A stretch of 64,000 bases of DNA from Malacoraja senta (taxonomy: Eukaryota): NCBI GenBank assembly GCA_038087875.1, contig CM075986.1:18042001-18106000 (forward strand), in the 5' to 3' direction. The notes under the pieces are model-generated. The model worked only from the letters and a program-made list of their open reading frames with translations, made no database searches and was not told where the DNA came from. Both the position numbers and the translations under genes were made by a program. Positions 11,800-25,895 of the stretch are shown piece by piece. Each line of letters opens with the position of its first letter. Position 1 is the first letter of the stretch.

Positions 11800-13509
11800 C
11801 AAAAAATTTGGAACCCTCACACATCCAGGGAGCTCAGCTGAGGACAGTATCATCTGTTGTCAGTTTGTAAATGAGTGAATGTCTATCTTAAATACAAAAC
11901 AGAACCCTGGAAGAACATGATGGGTCAAGCAACATCTGGAGCGGTCCTAATGCAGGAATCATCCTGCCCCTTTTGTCTCAACAGGTGCTACTGGACCCGC
12001 TGAGTTCCAACAGTGTTATTTTTTTTGTTTCAGATTCTTGCATCTGCAGTCTGTTTTGTCTCCGAAATCTATCTCAAGGTTTTTGGCTACTTTTTTTTCC
12101 CAACAGAACAGCATGCTCTTTGATGGAAGGGGAGGTCATGTGAATCTGAACATATTTTTAGACTAGCCCAGCAGGGAAGTGTTGTTTGCCCCAATATCTT
12201 TGTAGCGGTTGTTTGACATATTTCTTTCGGGATATTTCACAAGTCTTGGTAAACTGCCAACATCTAAGTAACTTTAGTTAACGATGCTGAACTGTTTAGA
12301 TGCCAATCTGATTATATGTATTTGACCTTCGTGAAAGTTGCATTTGCATTATATGGCCTGAAGAAAATGTAGTTAAGACTGATTTAATTTTCTGAGAAGC
12401 CATCAATACGAGTTTGTACAAGAAAAAACTGACGTTGAAGTGCAATAAACAGTAAGACTGTTATTCAATTTCACAATCCGCCCTGATTTGAATACTTTGC
12501 TGGAAAATTTTGGAGGTTATACAATTAGCTCATTTCCATCTAACTGCTTCAACGGAGGCTGCGCAAAGACTTGCCCACAGGTCACACCTGGCATTTTCAA
12601 GAAGGTAGAACATATACATTATTAAGAGTCCAAAACCTGACAAAACCTTTGCCAGTAGGGTAGGCGCAACACCTGCAGGTTGTGAGGTCTTAAAATCAAC
12701 TCCTGTTGTAGTTTCTTTCCCGGCAACTTCATCAGGTTGGTGTGTGTTTAGATGGTAACCTGCTGAATTATATATAACGTAAATGCATGGAAAAAAGCAT
12801 GTGTGAGTAAGTACTTAGGCCTAAAGATGCTTCAGCATACAAAGTGTACATGAAAGAGGGCAGTGCAGGGGACCCCAGCAGTTAAATGTGAGCCCCGCTG
12901 GCTCCAGTATCCTATTGCAGGAGACCGAGGCATCACTCTAATCCTCACAATTACACAAAGCCTTTCCTCCACAATAACAGAGATGGTGGAGGAAGAGTGT
13001 TGAATTGGGGAATGGGAGGTGGGGAAGATCCAGTGAGAGAAGGTGGTGATTGAGTTTGAGGGATCTGTGATGAAGCATATTATTGGGTGTGTTGACGTGG
13101 ACGATGTGAGCTTTGGGATATTACTGGCATGGGAGGTGATTGGAGGTCTTGACCTGGCGGGGGCAGTTGTGATAGGGGGTGGGCAGGAGCAACAACTAAC
13201 ATTGCAATATTAATGATAGAACCTACACGGAGAATGGTCTAATAATGAATTCCTTGGCAGTGGCCCAGGCCGGCTGAGAATCTACCTCCCTGTTTGAGGC
13301 CAAGTCATTTGTATCTGGAAGCAACAAAATACTTGCAGTGTGGAATAATTGTTTGCCATCGACTTAACGCCCCTGGGGCCAGAAATGCAAGATTGCCATG
13401 ATGGGACCTAACTCGCATGTAATTCTGAGTCTAAATGAGTTAATTAGAGTCAAACGCAACACTTGCATTCGTATAGTTACCCTGTACTTTTTTTTGTGTT
13501 TTTCTGTAG

Positions 13510-13598
13510 GGTGTTAAACCAGCCAGTTATAACAAGGTAAAAGTCCCAGAACTCAAAGAGATTATTGAAGGATGCATCCGCCAAAATAAAGATGAGAG
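13510..13598 (+). CDS. WNK4: WNK4 exon 5 ([30 protein letters not shown])
   Basis: ctgtag| and |gtaagg; 89 bp, phase 0 to 2. Confidence 0.96.
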
Positions 13599-15531
13599 GT
13601 AAGGATCTGGTCATTGTTTGTTTAATGGCACGAGTTACTGTCACAAATGGATGGGGTTCATCTCTGCTCTTTACACCATGTCCGTCATTCTCATCTGGCA
13701 GCCAGCATATGGGCAATCTCCCATCTTTTGAGTGGAAAGGCAATATTGTATGTGAAGGTTCAAGTTTGTGTCACAGATATGTAACTTGTTAATTATACAC
13801 ATTCTAGGATAAACCATTTATAAAGCCAAGCAGAATTTGGGATCTTATTATGAAGGTTTTTCAAAGGGTTGCTATGTTAGGGTTTGTTGTTTTTCTATAT
13901 TACACACTCAGGAGAGTGTTAGATTGTAATGTGTGATCTCTCAATTGATTTGTATTCCATAAAAGGACAGTCACAGCGCATGAGGTTGATCCGAAGAAGG
14001 GCCTTGACCCGAAATGTCACCCATTCCCTCTCTCCAGAGATGCTGCCTGTCCCACTGAGTTACTCCAGCATTTTGTGTCTATCTTTTATGAAGTTGGGGG
14101 ATCAGACTCACCTCTAAATGGATAGGCTTAAACGGCCTGTGATAATGGGCCCTTGGCCTCACTCTGACTGAGCTGTGAGCATCTCATGGGTATCATCTGC
14201 CAGCGAAGACCAAACTGATGTGGTGATCTAACAAGTGAGGCCAAATCAGGAGGGGCTGTCTGAATGCCAGACCGTTGGGAGTGGAATGGGTGGGAAGTTT
14301 TGTTTGGGAGAAGGTAAGGCAATTGGAGCAGGAGGTCGGTGGACAGAGAAGATAGGGAGGGGAGAGATGATGTGGATAGTGGAGATCGGTAGAGGAAGCA
14401 GGTTGTGGGGTTGTTCAAATGCACGGTAGCAGAAATCAAGGGATAGGAGTTGGTGGTCGGTTGCAGGGGAACAATGTGGCAGCACGGTAGAGATATAGAT
14501 AATCAGGGGTGGGAAGGGCATTCCTGTCCCTGCTGCTTCTGCACCAGGTGTGCCCTCAAAAGGAGCATTTGTAGGTCATCTTTATGTTGTCCCTGGCATT
14601 GTTCATCATAACATTGCTCATGAGATTTGCTCAAGTGTTAACCCCCTTGTAAAGGGGAAGGTCCAGTCCAAGTCAAGGACTTTGGACAGCTATTGATCTG
14701 CTTGCGTTATTATTGTGAGTGGAGCCCTCTGCCTCGTAAGGAGCTTGCCCTTCCTGCAGCCGCATTGGAGGCTGAGGCAGCAATTCAATGCATTAAAAAA
14801 GTCCAAAGCGCAAATAACTTGCATATTGTGCAATCTAAAAATCAAAGCCACCCCCACCACCAGTATCTGCAGTTCCTTCCTACACATCAGTCATTTGCAC
14901 CCCTGCTCCTGTTGTCAATGAAAAATAGATAATGAATCTTCAATCTTTATTTTATTGAAAGCACATGCGTAAGAAAAGCCTCCTCCTAATTGTCCAAAGA
15001 TCACCTGTGGTGTGATCTATAAATAGCATGATTACAGTCAGAGAATTTTAACTGCATAAACCTTGGCTGATATCTAATCTTGGATCTAAAGAGATAATAC
15101 AATGACATGGATAGTGCGTTCTGTGGCATTTAACATCAAAAAGCTGGAATAACCCATTCAGGCTTCCACCTGCTGCACCAAACAGCAGAGCCTCTGTCTT
15201 AGTGCCATGCACTCACTGTCTTCCCCCAGTGCTTTTTTCAGGTATGGTCCTATTGTGGGTTCTCTAGCATATATATTGTGCCTTTTACAATCTCTATACA
15301 TTCCTTGCAGCAGTAAATTGCATTAGAAGTGTAGTCACTTGGATAATCTAAGAAAACACACAACAGCTTGGTTGCACAGGCAGCCAGCTATTTGAAGATA
15401 GGCAACGTTGATTTGGGGATTGACTTGATAGTGAGTGTCCCCCTTGTTGAGTCCTAGGCTTAGTCTGGACCTTCAGCCCCATCTGTTATAAGTATTTACT
15501 AGTACCCTCACTTTAGGGAGATTAGATGCCA

Positions 15532-15833
15532 GGGGCGGCTCAGTGGGGCAACGGTAGAGTTGCTGCCTTACGGCGCCAGAGACCCGGGTTCAATCGTGAC
15601 TACGGGTGCTGTCTGCAAGGAGTTCGTACGTTCTCCCTGTGACCGCATGGGTTTTCTCCTTGTACTCAGGTTTCCTCCCACACTCTAAAGACATACATGT
15701 TTGTAGTTTAATTGGCTTGGTAAAATTGTAAAAATTGTTGCTAGCATGTGTAAAATAATGTTAGTTTGAGGGATGGCTGGTCAGCGTGGGCTCGGTGGAC
15801 TGAAGGCCCTGTTTCTGCGCTATATCTCTAAAT
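15532..15833 (+). mobile_element. HE1/V-SINE-like SINE
   Basis: Colinear with the 11493 copy. Confidence 0.87.
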
Positions 15834-17536
15834 TAGAAGGTATCAGAAGGACACAAAGTGCTGCCGTTAATCAGAAGGTCAGGCAGCATCCCTGGTGACG
15901 TTTCGTGTCGAGACACTTCTTCAGACTCTACACACTCGACCAGAAATGTCACCTATCCATGTTCTCCAGGGATGCTGCCTGACTTGCTGAGTTACTCCAG
16001 CACTTTGTGTACTTTTTTTGTATTAACCAGCATATGCAATTCTTCATTTCTACATTTAGACTGTATCAACCTATTTTTCAAAGACTGAGTTACTTCTTTA
16101 CCACAGTCTCACTTTTTAAAAGGGTTTAGCTGTCAACAATCACTGTTTTGAGCTGCGGGTCCCCCTTCCCAACCAAGGAGGAGATACTTCCAGCTGTTTA
16201 AACACATAGATTTTGAAAGTAAAGCACGTTTGATTCTGAGGAGTAATTTCCAGAGGTTATAATTCACAAAGATTTTCCAAAACGCAAATATGACATTTAC
16301 ACTACCTGAAAAGTATACTAATGAGTTGCAGACAAACTAGTCGTCAATCGAAGACAGAGGCTGAGGAGTAGATTCTGTATATGTTCTCTGTAGCATCTGA
16401 TCACCCTCACTGTATACTAACATTTATACTGTTTTTCTACCTGTTCGCATCATCTGTATGTGATGTTTTGCAACTACATTGACCAGTGGATAGTGTGATT
16501 TATCTAAGTCAACGTGCACCTTATCACTATCTGGATAAGGTTGCCATTGACCTGGTGGTTCTTTTTACATCGTATCTTGGAACCGGAAGGTCATACTCGA
16601 CCGAAGGTGGTCATGGTCAGTATTGTTCCTCTCGATAGTGTTAAAATCACCGTCGCAAGCTTATCTTAATTCACGATAAGCCTTTTGAACCCAGTTAACT
16701 TCTGCTGCTGTACTAGAAAACTGAGACCAGCAATCAGCATTTTGGGCCTGGATAGAGAATATTCATCATAAGATAAATATTGGCCGTGCTCCTGGGATAA
16801 CTCGTTCTTCTTAAACACTTGCTTTGCATCTTTTGCATTACTCCTGAAAGGATAGGTAGGGCCAGGCCCCATCCAACTAAAAAAACATCTCAACACTGGC
16901 GGCACTCCCCCAGAAACCCACTGGACTGCCAGTTCAACGATCAAATGTGTAAGTTTAAAGTTGGGCATTGCACTATACAAGTCATATTTTCTCAAGATAA
17001 GTTAGGCCTCCATAAAAGTTAGGCCTCCATAAAACTCCACAACCTGAATCCATTGTTCAAGAGTCCAAAGTGTTTTATTGTCATATAAACCTGCAACACA
17101 ACAAGTAAGTTCTTGCTTGCTGCAGCTTAGCAGACTGGGGGGGATGCTATAACACAGATAAATATATGATCATACAATCAAATTACAACCATAACACCAC
17201 GTAACTAAATAGTGCAACATTGAAGTCTGTAGTGCAACCAAAGACACAGTCCATAAAAGATTATAGTTGAGGACTTGTTCAGTGGAGCTGCCAGGTATTA
17301 ATTTACCTTTAGATAAGTTATATATTTTTCCAACTTTAGTTTTTTATTAGCTATTTATATTGGCTGCCGAGTGTAATCTGAAGATGGTGGGAAATATTTC
17401 ACACTGTGCATGCAGCCAGATTTATTCCAAACTTTGAGAAAACAAATGATTTTCAAAGTTTAATATTTGTGGGGAATATTCCTTACAAAATCCACGGATT
17501 AGCTTAATCCTAGTGCCATATTCCATTTTTGAGCAG

Positions 17537-17756
17537 GTACACCATTCAGGACCTTCTCGACCATTCTTTCTTCCAAGAGGACACTGGAGTCCACGTGGAA
17601 CTTGCAGAGGAGGATGACGGAGCAAAATCTGCCCTGAAGCTCTGGCTCCGCATGGATGAATCCAAGAAACTCCATGGCAAATACAAAGACAACAAGGCCA
17701 TAGAGTTCCTCTTTGAACTATACAAGGATGTTTCAGAAGAGGTGGCACAGGAAATG
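17537..17756 (+). CDS. WNK4: WNK4 exon 6 (kinase end and PF2-like/autoinhibitory domain)
   Basis: gagcag| and |gtaaaa; [15 protein letters not shown]...[20 protein letters not shown]; 220 bp. Confidence 0.96.
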
Positions 17757-17858
17757 GTAAAATGACTGCTACTTTCGCCCATACAATGGTATTACCTTGA
17801 ACTGACAGTGTTGTACATTTCCACTATATGCTGGAGTAACTCAGTGGTTCACCTAGAA

Positions 17859-18073
17859 CATGGGTTCCCAACCTTTTTCGTCCCGTTTACCCTTTGCAAC
17901 TTTAATAGCACATAACAATGTTATTTCACTTATTTATGAACAACTAATGATGAACAGATACCAGTATACCAGAACCAAACACAGTCAGTCAATGAGAAAA
18001 AATATGTACAACTCCAGAATCAACAAATTTACCCCCTGGGTAGGCGAAATTTACCCCAGGTTGGGAACCCTTG
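17859..18073. mobile_element. hAT-type MITE with 8-bp TSD
   Basis: TIRs catgggttcccaacct / aggttgggaacccttg; TSD ACCTAGAA on both sides. Confidence 0.9.
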
Positions 18074-19781
18074 ACCTAGAATCTCTCGAGAAAAAGAATA
18101 GATGATGTCTCGGGTCGGAACCCTTCTTCCCTATTCCTTTTCTCCAGCCTCACCCGCTGAGTTACTCCAGCATTTTGTGCCTATCTTCGGCATCAACCAC
18201 CATCTGCAGTTCCTTCCTACATACCAATTGATGTTTCTTTGGTTGCCTCTGCTTGAAAGTGACCAACGTAAATAATCATTGTATCATCTTGGTCAGCATG
18301 GGTCAAAGGGCCTGTTTGCACAACGGTTGCACTCGCAAATAGCAGTGCGATTTCAGAAGACATTTACGAGAACGATGGCAGGGATGTGGTACATTGGTTA
18401 CATGGACAGGAGAAATTTGATTGTTTTCCATGGAGTTTGCATGGAGATCTGATCGTAACTGGAGAGAACCTGTTGGCAGAAGGGCCAAGATTCAGGAGAC
18501 ACAGAATGAAGCTATTTGGCTTAAAAAGCATCAGTGATATGGGGGAAATTGTTTATGCGTTGCATATATTTACGATGTTTGGAATGCATTGACGTGTTGA
18601 AAGAGATTCAGTTGAGCAATTAAAGGGAGGATACAAGTTCCTGAAAGAATGAATTTTCATAACTAGCTAGTTTGATCTTACAAACAGCTAGTACTGACAT
18701 GATGGGCCAAATAGTTCCTAAGCTGCTGTATCCATTCTGTGGATAGACACAAAAAGCTGGAGTAACTCAGCGGGCGGGACACACAGCATCTCTGGAGAGA
18801 AGGAATGGATGTCATTTTGGGTCGAGACCCTTCTTCAGACAATTTGCCTTCCTTATTTCCTGCTGTACTGGCATGTTAATTTGCAGAGATTGACAAACAG
18901 GGCATCATCTAAGCCAATACCTTTCAAACTTCTAACCTTTTAAAATAACCTACTTTTCACATTTTTTCCCATTGAAGTGAATGATCTCATATTTTTCCAC
19001 ATTATATTCCATCTCTCATGTCCTTATTCATTTAGTTGGCCGATATAAACCCTCGGCACACTGCAGCCCAGTTTTGTATCATCAGCAAACTGGTATATTG
19101 CCTTTGGTATACTTAGCAAGCCATTGGGTTAGAATGTGAACAGCTGGGATCCCGTTGGCATCATTGCCCCCATACCCCAAAATGACTTTTTTTCCCCTAC
19201 TTTCTCATTTCTGTCCATTAACCATCCACTGTTTCTCTTTTGTTTGATTCACAAGCCTCCATGAAAATACAAGGATTTAGTATCTGGAAAAATGATGATC
19301 ACGCACTTGGTTGCGTGCTTCAGTACCTTCTCTTTGCATGTTTTATGCAGACAGTCTCTTGCACAAGATTATCTCACCTATATATGCACCAACACTAGGG
19401 ATATTCAGCCAACTTGATCTTCCTTTGAGGGGTAACTGGAGAACCGTCTTGCCTGTTGTGAAAACTTGGTTTTGAAACCTGGTTTATTTTTATAACAGTT
19501 CAACAAGCAATCATGAAAAAAGTAATCTTCACTCAGGCAATTCTTGGTGATTGGTATTCATTAGTGGAATTTAAATCATGTTTTGCCTCTTGTAATTAAT
19601 CTATTCATTCTTGTCAGCTAAGCAACCTTTTACTATCTTACCATATGGATCAGAAAGGTCCCAGATTCTATGCTTAAGTAGCTCTGGTCTGCTAATTTGC
19701 TGCATCTGGCTTCAATATCATTTGGATTCAGAAAGGCAAAGAGCATATATATTTTCAACATGAAAGCTCGCACAAAATTCC

Positions 19782-20010
19782 AGTGGTGAATCTCTGGAAC
19801 TCTCTGCCACAGAGGGTAGTTGAGGCCAGTTCATTGGCTATATTTAAGAGGGAGTTAGATGTGGCCCTTGTGGCTAAAGGGATCAGGGGGTATGGAGAGA
19901 AGGCAGGTACGGGATACTGAGTTGGATGATCAGCCATGATCATATTGAATGGCGGTGCAGGCTCGAAGGGCCGAATGGCCTACTCCTGCACCTATTTTCT
20001 ATGTATCTAT
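19782..20010 (+). mobile_element. CR1-clade LINE 3' end (young)
   Basis: Nearly identical to 30752-30964; (atgtatct)-type tail. Confidence 0.9.
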
Positions 20011-20092
20011 GTAAATATCTTGCCTCAACCCAGTACACATCCCTGCAACACTAGCCAGCTTCAAATTTCCTTTGACGGGTGAATCCAAGTAA

Positions 20093-20391
20093 AGGGCGGC
20101 ACGGTGGCGCAGCGGATGAGTTGCTGCCTTAGGTGCAACGCCAGAGACCCGGGTTCGATCCTGACTACGGGTGCTGTCTGTACGGAGTTTGCACGTTCTC
20201 CCTGTGACCTCATGGGTTTTCTCTGAGATCTTCAGTTTTCTCCCACACTCCAAAGGCGTACAGGTTTGCAGGTTAATTGGCTTGGTGTAAGTGTAAATTG
20301 TCCCTAGTGTGTGTAGGACAGTGTTAATGTGCGGGGATCGCTGGTCGGTGCGGACTCAATGTTTCCCCGCTGTATCTTTAAACTAAACTAA
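20093..20391 (+). mobile_element. HE1/V-SINE-like SINE
   Basis: Colinear with the 11493 copy. Confidence 0.88.
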
Positions 20392-21138
20392 GGGCATGAC
20401 TTAATGTTGACCTAGGCTACGAGCATGAAATCACAAAGACATTTCTTACTGTACAAAGGTCGCGAGAAATTTGGAACTCTGATTCACAAAAGGGTGTGGA
20501 CATCAGACCAATTAAAAAATCTCAAAAACCAGGGTAATCTGATTGGGTTTCAGCAGATACAGATGAATAAAGATTACCTTCGGATTAAGCACGATCTGAT
20601 TTATCTTTGATGTTGACATCATCACCCATCCTTGGCTGCCCTTGAGGAAGTGACGGTGGGCTTCCTTGGTGCACTTGTAGATTGTGAGATCAATGCACCC
20701 TGCATTACTGAGCAGGGGGTGCCAGATTTGGTCTTGATAATGATGAGGAATGCACAAGTGTTACGAATTGGAAAAGACCTTGAAAGAGACAGTGTTCTCT
20801 TGCCTCTATGTCATTGTTCTAATTGGTGCGCAGTTTTTTTTATTGGTGGACAAAAAGCTGCCGATACCCTTATCAATTAAAAAAATAAACTACATTAATC
20901 AACAATCTTTTCCCTCAATTTATCTAACATTGGGGACACCTTAACTTGCAGTATAATAACTCAACTCTAAACCAGTGGTTCCTGAAGTGGACAGTATCAC
21001 TCCCTGGGGGGCTGTGGGATTACCTAAGGGGCCTCTAAGTGTGACGGGGGGAAGCTGGAGGACAGGCCGTTGGGCAAGAGCGGTCAGTAAATACTTGACA
21101 TGCTTACGGGCGGATGTTCTAAAGATCTTAGTGACTTT

Positions 21139-21503
21139 GGAATAGTGAAAGGCTTGGATAGAGTGGACGTGGAAAGGATGTTTCCACTAGTGGGAGAGTC
21201 TAGGACTGGAGCTCATAGCCTCAGAATTAAAGGACGTTCTTTTAGGAAGCAGATGAGTAGATTTATTTTTTTTTGTCAGAGGATGGTGAATCTGTGGAAT
21301 TCTTTGCCACTGAAGGCTATAGAGGCCAAGTCAGTGGATATTTTTAAGGCAGAGATAGATAGATTCGTGATTAGTACAGATGTGAGAGGTTATGGGGAGA
21401 AAGCAGGAGAATTGGGTTAGGGGGGAGAGATAGATCGGCCATGATTGAATGGTGGAGTAGACTTGATGGGCCGAATGGCCTAATTCTGCTCCTGTTCCTT
21501 ATG
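21139..21503 (+). mobile_element. CR1-clade LINE 3' fragment
   Basis: IVKGLDRVDVERMFPLVGESRT.AHSLRIKG...VNLWNSLP. Confidence 0.88.
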
Positions 21504-21958
21504 ACCTTCACTGACCTTCTCTCTAAAAGCACGCACTGTTTTCCTAAACCGTATTTCCTGGAACTTTTCAAAGTTATTATGTGCTTATTATATAATGATT
21601 CATGCATAGTTATTGAGGTAATAGACTAAGTGTTGTTGCCACACTGACACTTATAATAGTCACTGAACCAGTGTCTTATTATATTGGAGATGTTAGTAAA
21701 TAAAGTGTAGGAAGGAACTGGTTGACACCAAAGAAAGACACAAAATGCTGGAGTAACTCAGCGGGACAGGCAGCATCTCTGGATAGAAGGAATGGGTGAC
21801 ATCACGTTTACCTTCTCTCCAGAGATGCTGCCTGTCCCGCTGAGTTATCCAGCATTTTGTGTCTATTAGTACTGTAAATAAAGTTGTGAGTGAGTCTCGA
21901 CTGCTGATCTTAGTAGGTCGTGCAAACCACTATTCTGAATAATTATTTTATAGGGTTA

Positions 21959-22133
21959 AGGGCCTGTCCCACTTGGGCGTCATGAAGATTTTGTGAATCC
22001 CAAAATCCGACCGCGCATCACTGCCTACGTCACCACGCACCAAGCGCGCGTAATGCACGCCATGCACGTATCACGTGCGCGTCGTGATGCGTAAATGATG
22101 TCTCGTAAATGACGCTCAAATGAGACAGGCCCT
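21959..22133. mobile_element. PIF/Harbinger-type MITE with TTA TSD
   Basis: TIRs agggcctgtcccacttgggcgtcat / atgacgctcaaatgagacaggccct; TTA on both flanks; CpG-rich interior. Confidence 0.82.
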
Positions 22134-23685
22134 TTAGTTAGCAACACGTACCAGCACAAAAAACGTACTGGGTGTGCTTATGTGAAAAGAACAGTGAATG
22201 CAGATAATTCCCAGTCTCCACTTTCTATATCCATGTGCAGTATCTTTTTATTTCCAGTGAGGTCAATTAATTTACTTGTTTACATCGAAGCATGCCGCCC
22301 GCGCGTTTCCTTGATTTTAGTACTGTGTCCACAATATATCTGCTGTTCATTACCCTAGCTCTGCCATCCATGCATTAGATCTTGAGAGTTTCCTGTGTTC
22401 ACAACTGTAATTCATTATCATAGCTTCACATCCATATGTGTAGGTGTAGCATAACCTGAATTCTATGAAAGCCACCTGAAATGTATGCTCCTGAGGGAGA
22501 TTCAGCTCGCACACATCCGCATTTGATCAAGAGCAAAGAGTGTTTAATTATAATTTGTATTGGCAACAGAACAACAATTTTTTACTTCCAGCAGCTTAAC
22601 GGGACCATTAATGCAAAAACGCACAGATAAATATACAATAATCAATACCATAAATTGATATCTGTAGTACTAGGTAAGCATAATAGTACAAAACTGAAGA
22701 CTGTACTGCGGCCAAAGGCAAAGTCCATAGTAGGTCTCAGTTACTGAGGTTGTTGTATTGTATTGTATATCTTTATTGTCATTTCCTGAGTATTCACATA
22801 CCCAGAGGAAACAAAAAAACGTTCCTCAACCAGTGTCCATTTCAGTGTGCAGTAAAAAATAAATAGAAGTAAAAATACATATATCATGAACAAATTAACA
22901 CTCTACTCTACTAAACATCAACAGGCGTTCCGATCGGCAGAGGCATGGTTGTGGTTAGGGTTGTGTACAGTTCAAGAACCCGATGGTTGATGTGGGGAAG
23001 CTATCCTTGAACCTGGAAGTCATGGTTTTCAGATCCCTGCACTTTTTCTCCCAATGGTAGCAGAGAGATGAGAGCATGGCCTGGGTGTTGTGGGTCTTTG
23101 TTGATATTAACTGCCTCTCTGAGGCAGCACCTCCTGTAGACCCCTTCACTGGCGGGGAAGTCGGTTTCCATGATGGACCAGGCAATTTGTTTTTAGCTCT
23201 TTTAAATATCTCGTCCTCCATTCTTGACACAATAAAGGTGCAAACCTAAATCATGCAACTAAATATTCGCATAAACTGTGACCTGGGTAAAGAATAATCC
23301 GCAGTCACCTATGCAGAACACAAAATGCAGTTGTGAATGCATCTTGTAATCTGTTCATAGAACTCAATGGAACGGAACTTTTGAAGTGGTTTATGACATT
23401 CATGTTAAGTTGATGTAACCACAGTTGAGTTTCTGTTTCATGGTGTGTTAGAGAAGATTAAGAACTGATTAATACGGGTGTCGGGGATTATGGGAAGAAG
23501 TCAGGAGAATGCGGTTAGGAGGGAGAGATAGATCAGCCGTGGTTGAATGGCAGGGTAGACTTGATGGGCCGAATGGCCTAATTCTGCTCCTATCACTTAT
23601 GATGACATGTGTAAATGTGAAATAAGGTTCTGCTGCTCAGTATTGTTCACCCACCCAATGAATATGCCTTGTATCTCTTTGCTAG

Positions 23686-24037
23686 GTGACCTTGGGTTTT
23701 GTTTGTGAGGCTGACTACAAATTAGTTGCAAAGGCCGTCAGAGACCGCGTGACTGAGGTCAAGAGGAAGCGTGAACGCAACCAACGCGTGCAGGACGAAC
23801 TGAAGAAAAAAGAGCAGGAGAAAAAGCAAAAGATTTGCGAGCTCTTGGAAGAACTGAAGCTGCCTCAAGACGCGACGGAAAGTGCAGCTGGAGTTACTCA
23901 GCCAGTGCCGTCCCTTATTGCCACACGTCCCACTGAGGTGTTGCTGAACTCTCCCTTCCCCCCAGAACCAGAGGAGCCAGAGGCTGATCAGCATCAGACA
24001 TTTCGATACAGGAATACAAACTACTCTTCAGCCACAT
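23686..24037 (+). CDS. WNK4: WNK4 exon 7 (coiled coil and acidic KLHL3 degron)
   Basis: gctag| and |gtaaga; VTLGFVCEADYK...EPEEPEADQHQ...YSSAT; 352 bp, phase 0 to 1. Confidence 0.96.
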
Positions 24038-25521
24038 GTAAGATTGGATGGTGATGAATCAATAAGTTTCAATTCCAGATTTTCCTTGAAATGTCAGTGG
24101 AATAATCTCAGTTTGTGGTTAAATCCGAGGTTGGTCTCGTGAATCTAAATGGACAACAGTTTATGGGCCTGATCTAGAAAAGATTTGGAGGATGAAGCTC
24201 ACTCTTACTGAGACACAGAACATGCCGTATCATCTCTGCTGACCATAATGTGACCCATTGACATCATTTCTCTAACCTTTCCCCACCACATGTTTTGTTT
24301 GCAACCAGCATTAATATCATTTTAGACACGGCATGATGTTTCACCAGCCCTCATTTCCTGTTATGTCACTGCCTTTATTAAATTTCCCAAATGAAGAAGG
24401 AATGCAAAACGGTTTAATTGCTGCTCCTCTTCCTTCTGCTTCTTGGAGGAAACAAAGGATCATTGTGTTCAAAAAATTTTCTGGCATTGAAAATAGTTTC
24501 CAAACCACACAGATATACACATTTAATGAACTGGTGTATTAGCCAGGGAAATCACAAACAAAGCTATTAATACAGAAGAGATGCATGAAACTGGAGATGC
24601 GAGAATTTTGAGCAAAAACACAAAAGGCTGGCAACACTCAGCAGGTCAGGCAACATCTGGAGGGAAGTTGACGGACGACGTTTTGGGTCAGGACTGTTCT
24701 GCAGAAGACAGGTCCTGACCTGAAACATCGTTTGTCCATTCTCTCCACAGATGCTGCCTGTCCTGCTGTTATTCTATTTTCTTTTGCTATTCATATAGAG
24801 GTCAAATTATTTGTGGAGTTTTTCCCCATTACTCTGTTGTAAAATACAGGAACAAATTAAGCAAAATACATTTATTTTTAAACCACCAACTGGAAGAGAA
24901 TTCAATCATCTTAAACCTTAAAAAGATGCAGTGACCGCAAATTCCTCACAGAGGTTTCTGATATCTATCTGGTGATCACTGGTAGATCGCAGATTCAAAG
25001 ATAAACTGCATTCAAACTTATAACATTGCATGGCATGTCATCATAAAAGGGGTATCATGGATTCTTTTGTCATTGTATTTTCAGTCCATTACCCATCTAA
25101 TTTCCAAATAATGACATGTACATGCATTCATCTTAGGCCCGCTAGAGTTCAATAGATGTCAAGAGTGTCATTCACTCTCGAACGCTCCTTTCAATATTAG
25201 GGCCATTGATGGGAGAGGAAGGGCGGTGAAGAGTCTGTACTTCTGCACACCGTTCGTGCCAAAGTCCCAAGATGAATTGCTTCCCCCATCCAAGTTCAAG
25301 TGTTTGCTGAACTTTGTTTCTGATGCTAGGACAACCACATCAACTGATTGATTAGATTTTAAGGATTTGGCAGTATCATTTTTTTAATAGGCATGTCAGT
25401 GAGGTTCACCTGAATATTTGTTGGATGCTTTACTGAGTTCTCGATTAAAATGTAACATTGATGTTATCGAGACAGTTTTCGAACAGATTAGGTTCATTGT
25501 TGTCTCTGTGTTTCTTATCAG

Positions 25522-25637
25522 CTGATTGTGAGACTGATGGTTATCTGAGTTCTTCTGGATTCCTGGATTCCAGTGACAATCTGCACATGGCCGGTCGGCT
25601 GGCTCCAAAATCTGGAACTGGGCTCCAGTTTCCTGCA
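25522..25637 (+). CDS. WNK4: WNK4 exon 8 (SDCETDGYLSSSGFLD...)
   Basis: ttatcag| and |gtaagt; 116 bp, phase 1 to 0; WNK4-typical peptide. Confidence 0.93.
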
Positions 25638-25895
25638 GTAAGTAAATTCCAGGCAATCACAAACCCTTCCGCCTCTCGGTCAATGTCAAGTTATATGAAT
25701 GTAAACTGGTTATTTACGACCTGCCCAATTACTCCAGCACTTTGTCTTTTTTTGGTAAACCTGCATCTACGGTTCCTTGTGTCTTCCCCTTAGTTAAAAA
25801 CAGTGCTGTCTAAAGGTTTTCTTTAATCAATCTGTGTAGTTGTCTTTAGCCAGAAAGGCCCATTCTTAAATCCTAAATCAAATGTTCAGACAGAC

